From Eledone cirrhosa (taxonomy: Eukaryota): 64,000 bases of DNA. The DNA lies in the NCBI GenBank assembly GCA_964016885.1, contig OZ024741.1:207452001-207516000 (forward strand), in the 5' to 3' direction. The position numbers and the translations under genes are program-made. This document shows, one piece after another, positions 58,401 to 64,000 of this stretch (the stretch's first letter is position 1; every line of letters starts with the position of its first letter). The notes beneath the pieces are model-generated. The model worked only from the letters and a program-made list of their open reading frames with translations. It made no database searches and was not told the origin of the DNA.

Positions 58401-58810
58401 CTGAGCCCTGTACACAATAATTTCATTATTATTTCAAATGCGAATACAAGCAGTCAAAACGGGGTTCCTCTGAAGAATGTTTGGAGTAACATTACTTGAT
58501 AGAGTGAGTAGCATGGAGATCAAAGAGTCACTCAAGGTAAAGCTGTGACTTCTCCGAATTCAGACATCACAGCTCCGATACTATGGGAATGTCTCAAGAA
58601 AGAATTGCTGGGTAGATTTTGCGGCCAAAACCAAGCAACAGAAAACCCAAGGGTAGACCCCGAGCAAGATCGTTGGATAACCTCCATGAGCTTAGCTTGT
58701 CTCGCTTGGGGATCCAGCCAGATCAGTTAGAGACAGTTGCTTCTGACAGGACCAGCTGGTAGGAGTTTTTGAGGATTCTGCCCCAATGATTTTCTCAGAA
58801 ATACGTGAGT
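55430..58810 (+). mobile_element. Old RTE-type LINE 3' remnant (55430-55490 and 58435-58810) split by the CR1 insertion
   Basis: TLTYGNESWVMSERI on the left continues as RIQAVKTGFL*RMFGVTLLDRV...GRPRARSL on the right. Confidence 0.65.
55500..58433 (+). mobile_element. CR1-clade LINE ORF2, near complete, inactivated
   Basis: APE (LNARSLCNK, ETW, GDFN, LDLLF), RT (NYRPVSLTS, SQFGF, DFAKAF, SGVPQGSVLGPLLF, YADD), FFTLRVAEAWNKLP; (ATT)n tail. Confidence 0.92.
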
Positions 58811-60006
58811 GAAGAAGAACTTTACATTCTGAGTTCAAATCTTACTGATGTCAATTTTACTTTTCATCCCTCCTGAATCAATAAAATAGACTACCATTCA
58901 AATGTATGGGTGATTGGTGCAATAAACTATTGTCACTCACTAAAGTGTGTGGCAATGAAAATAATGTGTGACTAAAACTATGTGATTATCAGGCAAGCTT
59001 TTACACAACATTTCTGGCTCACAGAGATAGTGTCCTTCCTTTATATCTTTTACTGTTACTAAAATGGTTTCTGGTTCTCTGGACTAGCAAGGTTTGTACC
59101 ACTTCATTGAGTTTCCACTTCTCTTAACATCGTCTGTTCTAGTTAATGAAAGATCATTTATGTGTTTGCTTCACCTGTGTGATATAGCAGTCACCTCTCC
59201 CTCAAATTTCCTCCTACCAATCTTAAGTAGAGATAAATTGAACAGAAAAAGAAAGGATTGTCATGACTGGAATATATTTGATCATAGGTCTGCTGACCTA
59301 GGGCTAAGTAACAACGGCTACGGGAAAATATATTGATAGATGTTGATTTCCACAGATATATAAAATGTTAAATGCATACACTACAAACTGAACATCCCTT
59401 TCATTGATATCACTGATCAGAGGCGAAGTTTCAGTAGACTATAGGTATTGTAAATCCTCCTAAATAATTAGATGTAGGGGACCATTTACAGAAAATTAAG
59501 TTAAAGGTGTTTAGCTCCGGTTATTCTTGATTCAGATCTGTGATTGATTGATCACAGTGATCACCATTTGTCTTTCAAGCATTGTGTATATGGACTTAAA
59601 TTATCCAATGTGTCAATTCCTTTTCAAGATAGTAAGATGTAAATTGACTGGAAATATGGTTACCATATTTAGCAGATGAACACAAGCATCTTATTTGGTT
59701 CATAGAAAATTGAGTAGATTTGCCAGGAAAAACTTTGGTATATGCTTGTATTCCTACGTCGACATGTTCCTTAAAATTAACACATTGTAAATTTTAAACA
59801 GTTTATTTATGAGAACAGATTTGGAAGAATATATATGCAAGCGTTTTCTTGTCATTCAAAATCACACACACACACATATGTATAACTATAGACCACACAT
59901 GTAACACTTTAACTATGGAATGAGATTGAATCTTACTGGATAATAGATACAGTATTTATATTATTTATACAATCTGTAAAATAATTGACTAATAAATACT
60001 TCTTTA

Positions 60007-60345
60007 AATGGTGGATGGGTGCTACACAAGAATTCTGAGGATGGCTCTGAACATTAATCAGTATACACTGAGGATGAAGAACTCAGAACTGTATGGGCGC
60101 CTCCCCAAAGTCAGCTCGAAAGTGACACAGAGGAGACTGAGGTTCGCTGGACATGCTCACCAACATCCAGAGTTGACATTGCACTCAGTGCCCCTGCATG
60201 GACACACTGGAATAGGAAGACCAAGGTTAACATATGTTAAGGACAGTCACTTGTCTCTTGGAAACGCAAGACATGGCAGCGATAATGAGGGACAGAGACC
60301 ACTGGAGAGAACTCGTCCATGGATCTTGGGAATTTTACCCGCCCT
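60007..60345 (+). mobile_element. RTE/RTEX-type LINE C-terminal remnant
   Basis: DGCYTRILRMALNI, NSELYG, RRLRFAGH, GRPRLTY. Confidence 0.75.
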
Positions 60346-60357
60346 ACATATATATAT

Positions 60358-60692
60358 AATCAATATATTAATAAATGGAAATTATATTTATAATTATTTT
60401 ATTATATATATTTCAAGGGCAACCAAGGCAAATTATGGTGCGCTTTCATCAGATAAAATAGATTTGTTTTATAGATAAATATTGACATACATGGTAAAAA
60501 GACAACCTTAACGGTTGAAGCTTCCTGGATAGAAATATATATAATAAAATAATTATGGTTTTATAAATATAGTTTCCATTTATTAATATATTGAATATTT
60601 ACTCCACTAACTTGTTGAGTACTTTATATCAGTTCAGTTATGAAAATGTTTAAGCTTGTTGAATCCCAACAGATTAAATATAACCTCTGCAT
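60358..60692. mobile_element. Fold-back Penelope-like element copy 3 (diverged; right arm truncated inside the hammerhead)
   Basis: left arm homologous to 16857-17030; right arm restarts at GAAATATATATAATAA (60532); same 3' tail TTGTTGAAT.CCAACA.ATTAAATAT. Confidence 0.72.
60399..60456 (-). ncRNA. Type I hammerhead ribozyme (diverged stem II)
   Basis: TTAT-CTGATGA-AAGCGCACCA TAATTTGCCT TGGTTGCCCTT-GAAA-TATAT-ATA-ATAA. Confidence 0.75.
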
Positions 60693-60711
60693 ATATATAT
60701 ATATATATAAC

Positions 60712-62240
60712 AAAAAAGGTGTGGTAAGATACTAGGTGGACCATAACGCAGTAAGTGGGTAATAGGAAAAGAATCAGGACCCCGACGGCTGAGCTCCGGC
60801 CGTTTCGACAGCACAGCATCTCTCAGCAGGGAAGAGTGACCAGGAGAACGTAAATGACGGATGACAGAAGTATCCAAACCGAGTCGTTTGTCCCTCAAAT
60901 GCTCAGCAAAAGGGAAAACTGGAAGGCATAGACAACGTGAGTGGATATGCAGGCGAAGGAGTGGCGGATACGGAACGACCCGTTAGGGGCGGTGAGGGTG
61001 GAAATGAAGGGATAAGTGTTGCAGTGGGGACGAGAATAAGGATGAGAGCCGGGTGGAGTCGTAGGAGAGGACGAGAAGGAACTGCGTACCAGCCTGTCTC
61101 GGAGGTTAAGGGCGCGCTTAAATGCAAAAATGAGTGGGTTAGGAGAAAAAGCGAGAAGTGACGGGGTCAGAAGAGAGGGTGTGGAAGGAACGGAGGATAT
61201 GTCACCGGAGTGGTAGGGTGATGGGGTGGTATGTGAGAGGGAAATGAAGGCGGGTGTTGGGAGGTTGCTGGTCAGGTAAGAGGACTGTGGTACGGTCGGT
61301 TTCACGGGAGCGGGTGAGAGCAGCTTGGATCAGGGTGTGGGGGGAGGAATATCCACGCTGGATGAAGCGGGAAGCCATGTGAAGGGAATGGGTTTCGAAA
61401 TCGTCGTCCTGGCTACAGAGCTGACGAAGACAGAGTGTTTGGTGTGGGTTGGATCGGTTTGGATACTCCTGTCCCCCGTCATTTCCGTTCCCCAGGTCAC
61501 TCTTCCCTACTCTCTCAGTCCTTGGTGTCCTTTTACATCATGGATCACAGGACTGAACAGAGTCTGATTTACGGCTTTGGGTCCTATTTCCCTCATGGAC
61601 TCAACTCACCTCCACAATTTCTTTAATACCCCATCCATTATCACACACGCGCTTGCTTGTACATTTACCCCTAGATTCCTATGGTTCTCTTATGGTCAGA
61701 AACATGCTCTTACAACTAATACAGACCGACAAAATATGCACACTCCACTTTTCCCTTCACAGCTCTGTATACACACATACACACCCTTATATTAACATAC
61801 CTTTTCTCAGCTTCGTACTTACAAGCACTCTCTTTGACTTACATATACACACACATTTCTTCTTAGCTTTGTACGGGCGTATAACAGACACACACAGTGA
61901 CACACTCATGCATACGCACGCACAAAAGTATAGCTCTTTTTACAAAACGTTTTTTTTCCATTTCAGGTAGACGCACTCCGTCATCCACTTTTCTAAAAAA
62001 AATAAATCATACACAAAACGCCAGTACCAACAGTTTTCCAAGAGATATCAACATGAATGGACCTGTTATTTTTATCTGAAGATATTTTTTCCAATTCCAC
62101 CCCTATCTTATTTCTCATCCTTTCTTCTGATGAAAGACTAACGTCCGAACGCTCTTCCTGCTATATCAAGCGTTAACCTAATATATTCCTTCCGTATACT
62201 GTACCGATTGTGTTGTTATTTCAGTTTACCTTTTACATAC
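60712..62240. mobile_element. Second Penelope-like family, inverted arrangement (minus-strand linker/GIY-YIG 60712-61430; plus-strand GIY-YIG C-terminus from about 61440)
   Basis: AFKRALNLRDRLVRS, RPHCNT, FACISTHVVY on minus; RHFRSPGHS on both strands; EQSLIYGFGSYFPHGLN on plus; degenerate hammerheads at about 60779-60833(-) and 62124-62180(+). Confidence 0.75.
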
Positions 62241-62275
<35 letters not shown>

Positions 62276-62280
<5 letters not shown>

Positions 62281-64000
62281 ATATTAAATAAATGGAAACT
62301 ATATTTATAAAACCATATTTATTTTATTATATATATTTCAAGGGTACTAAGACACATTGGTACGCTGTCATCAGATAAAATACGTTTGTTTTATAAATAG
62401 AGACATACCTATGAAAATCATACCTTATCGGTTGGATATTCACTGGATAGTGGAAATATATTAGGGATTTTTCAAACTTATGTGTGAATATGCAAATGAA
62501 TATGTAAATAATTGAAAAACCGTTTATTTAAACGACTATGGAGAGAGAGAAGAGATAAGAAGAGAAGGATAAAATAGTGCGAGAGAGAGAGAAGAAAGAA
62601 ACAAGAGAAGATGAATAAAAACTCATATAACGTTAATTTGAGGGAAATATATTCTAAGTATATATCTTAATAGTATGTGTATTTACGATTATTAGTTGTT
62701 TAAAATTTGTTTATAATATAATATTTTTCTTCTATTATAAGTAGATAAATAAATAAATACATAAATAAATAAATAGATGGGTATATCATGTTATAGATAA
62801 TTGTTCTAATGAGTTATGAGGGATATTGGTGTTGTATTTAATGTAAATAAATATTAAGTTAAATTAAATTAAATTAACTGAGTTAATAAGAATATTTATA
62901 TTTATATGATTTTAAATGGGAAGATATGGAAAAAACTCCAGTTTAATTTATTTATTCGTTAGTGTGAGACTATTTAGTCAAAATAAGTATAGATGTTGAA
63001 AGATACATTTAGCCAGAATCAGTTAGTGGTTATAAATCTATTGAAAAATATTGAAAAAATATTGAAAAATTTGAGAAAATTAAAAAAAAAATAATAATTT
63101 ATAAGAGATAAATAATTTTTAAAGAAATAAAAATAAAGAAATAAAAATTATTAAAATTAAAATTAAAATAAAAAAAAAGATTAGAATTATATACGTATAT
63201 ATTTTATGAAACTAAGAAGTGGAATTACAGCAAATGTTATAGATATTATGATTTAGAGATATCAATATATTAAAACCAAGTGGATGAGATTGTTATGGAA
63301 ATAAGTAGAAATATAAGTATAATTATAAGTTATATATAGTTCTGAATGTTGAATTCTGGCGATGTCTACAAGAATTAAATAAATTCGTTCTTAGATTAAT
63401 AGAGTTTTTACATTTAAGTATGTAAAAAATGTCCTCAATACACAATTTGCAGAATCTAGATAAAGCTGTGTTCCAGTACGCGGGTGCTTTTGAAACTGAT
63501 TCCCAAGCTAATGAATAGTCCATATTCTTGCATTTTAAGTTCCATATCAGGTTTCAAATTTTTCAATATTTTTTCAATACTTTATCAATATTTTTTCAAT
63601 AGATTTATAACCACTAACTGATTCTGGCTAAATTTATCTTTCAACATCTATATTTATTTTAACTAAATAGTCTCACACTAACGAATAAATAAATTAAACT
63701 GGAGTTTTTTCCAGATCTTCCCATTTTAAATCATATAAATATAAATATTCTTATTAACTCAGTTAATTTAATTTAATTTAACTTAATATTTATTTACATT
63801 AAATACAAAACCAATATCCCCCATAACTCATTAGAACAATTATCTATAACATGATATACCCATCTATTTATTTATTTATTTATTTATGTATTTATTTATT
63901 TATTTATTTATCTACTTATAATAGAAGAAAAATATATTATAAACAAATTTTAAACAACTAATAATTATAAATACACGTACTATTAAGATATATACTTAGA
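62276..64000. mobile_element. Fold-back Penelope-like element copy 4 (left arm 62276-63075, right arm 63555 to beyond the window) with coding remnant
   Basis: 62653-63075 is mirrored by 63555-64000; minus-strand remnant WESVSKAPAY...CKLCIEDIFYIL...NLRTNLFNSCRH resembles the C-terminus of PLE GIY-YIG proteins (Naiad-like, from memory). Confidence 0.78.
62324..62378 (-). ncRNA. Type I hammerhead ribozyme
   Basis: TTAT-CTGATGA-CAGCGTACCAA TGTGTC TTAGTACCCTT-GAAA-TATAT-ATA-ATAA. Confidence 0.72.

Overview
AT-rich, repeat-dense metazoan genomic DNA, not prokaryotic. The SINE/RTE repertoire resembles octopus or another coleoid cephalopod (inference). The only host gene I can support is a + strand selenoprotein thioredoxin reductase, most like mitochondrial TXNRD2. 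I traced 15 coding exons by hand (20620-53602, about 469 aa, all splice phases consistent). It has the CVNVGC redox centre, a 20-nt microexon followed by a U12-type (minor spliceosome) intron, a C-terminal ACUG motif (TGA=Sec at 53594-53596) and a candidate SECIS at about 54497-54581. The first exon(s), with the GxGxxG motif, are not in the window. The rest is decayed mobile DNA: Tx1/L1, two RTE subfamilies carrying a PHD-like finger inside the RT, CR1, a CRE-like RLE LINE, a CsRn1-type Gypsy element, a DD37D (maT) transposon, four Helitrons, two tRNA-derived SINE families and Penelope-like elements. The most unusual signals are (i) a family of fold-back Penelope-derived elements carrying divergent hammerhead ribozymes, with six intact cores and a compensatory stem change, and (ii) a Gypsy primer-binding site copying 32 nt of tRNA-Trp, past the usual m1A58 stop, fused to a gag deletion. 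All calls were made by eye with no database search, and repeat boundaries are approximate.
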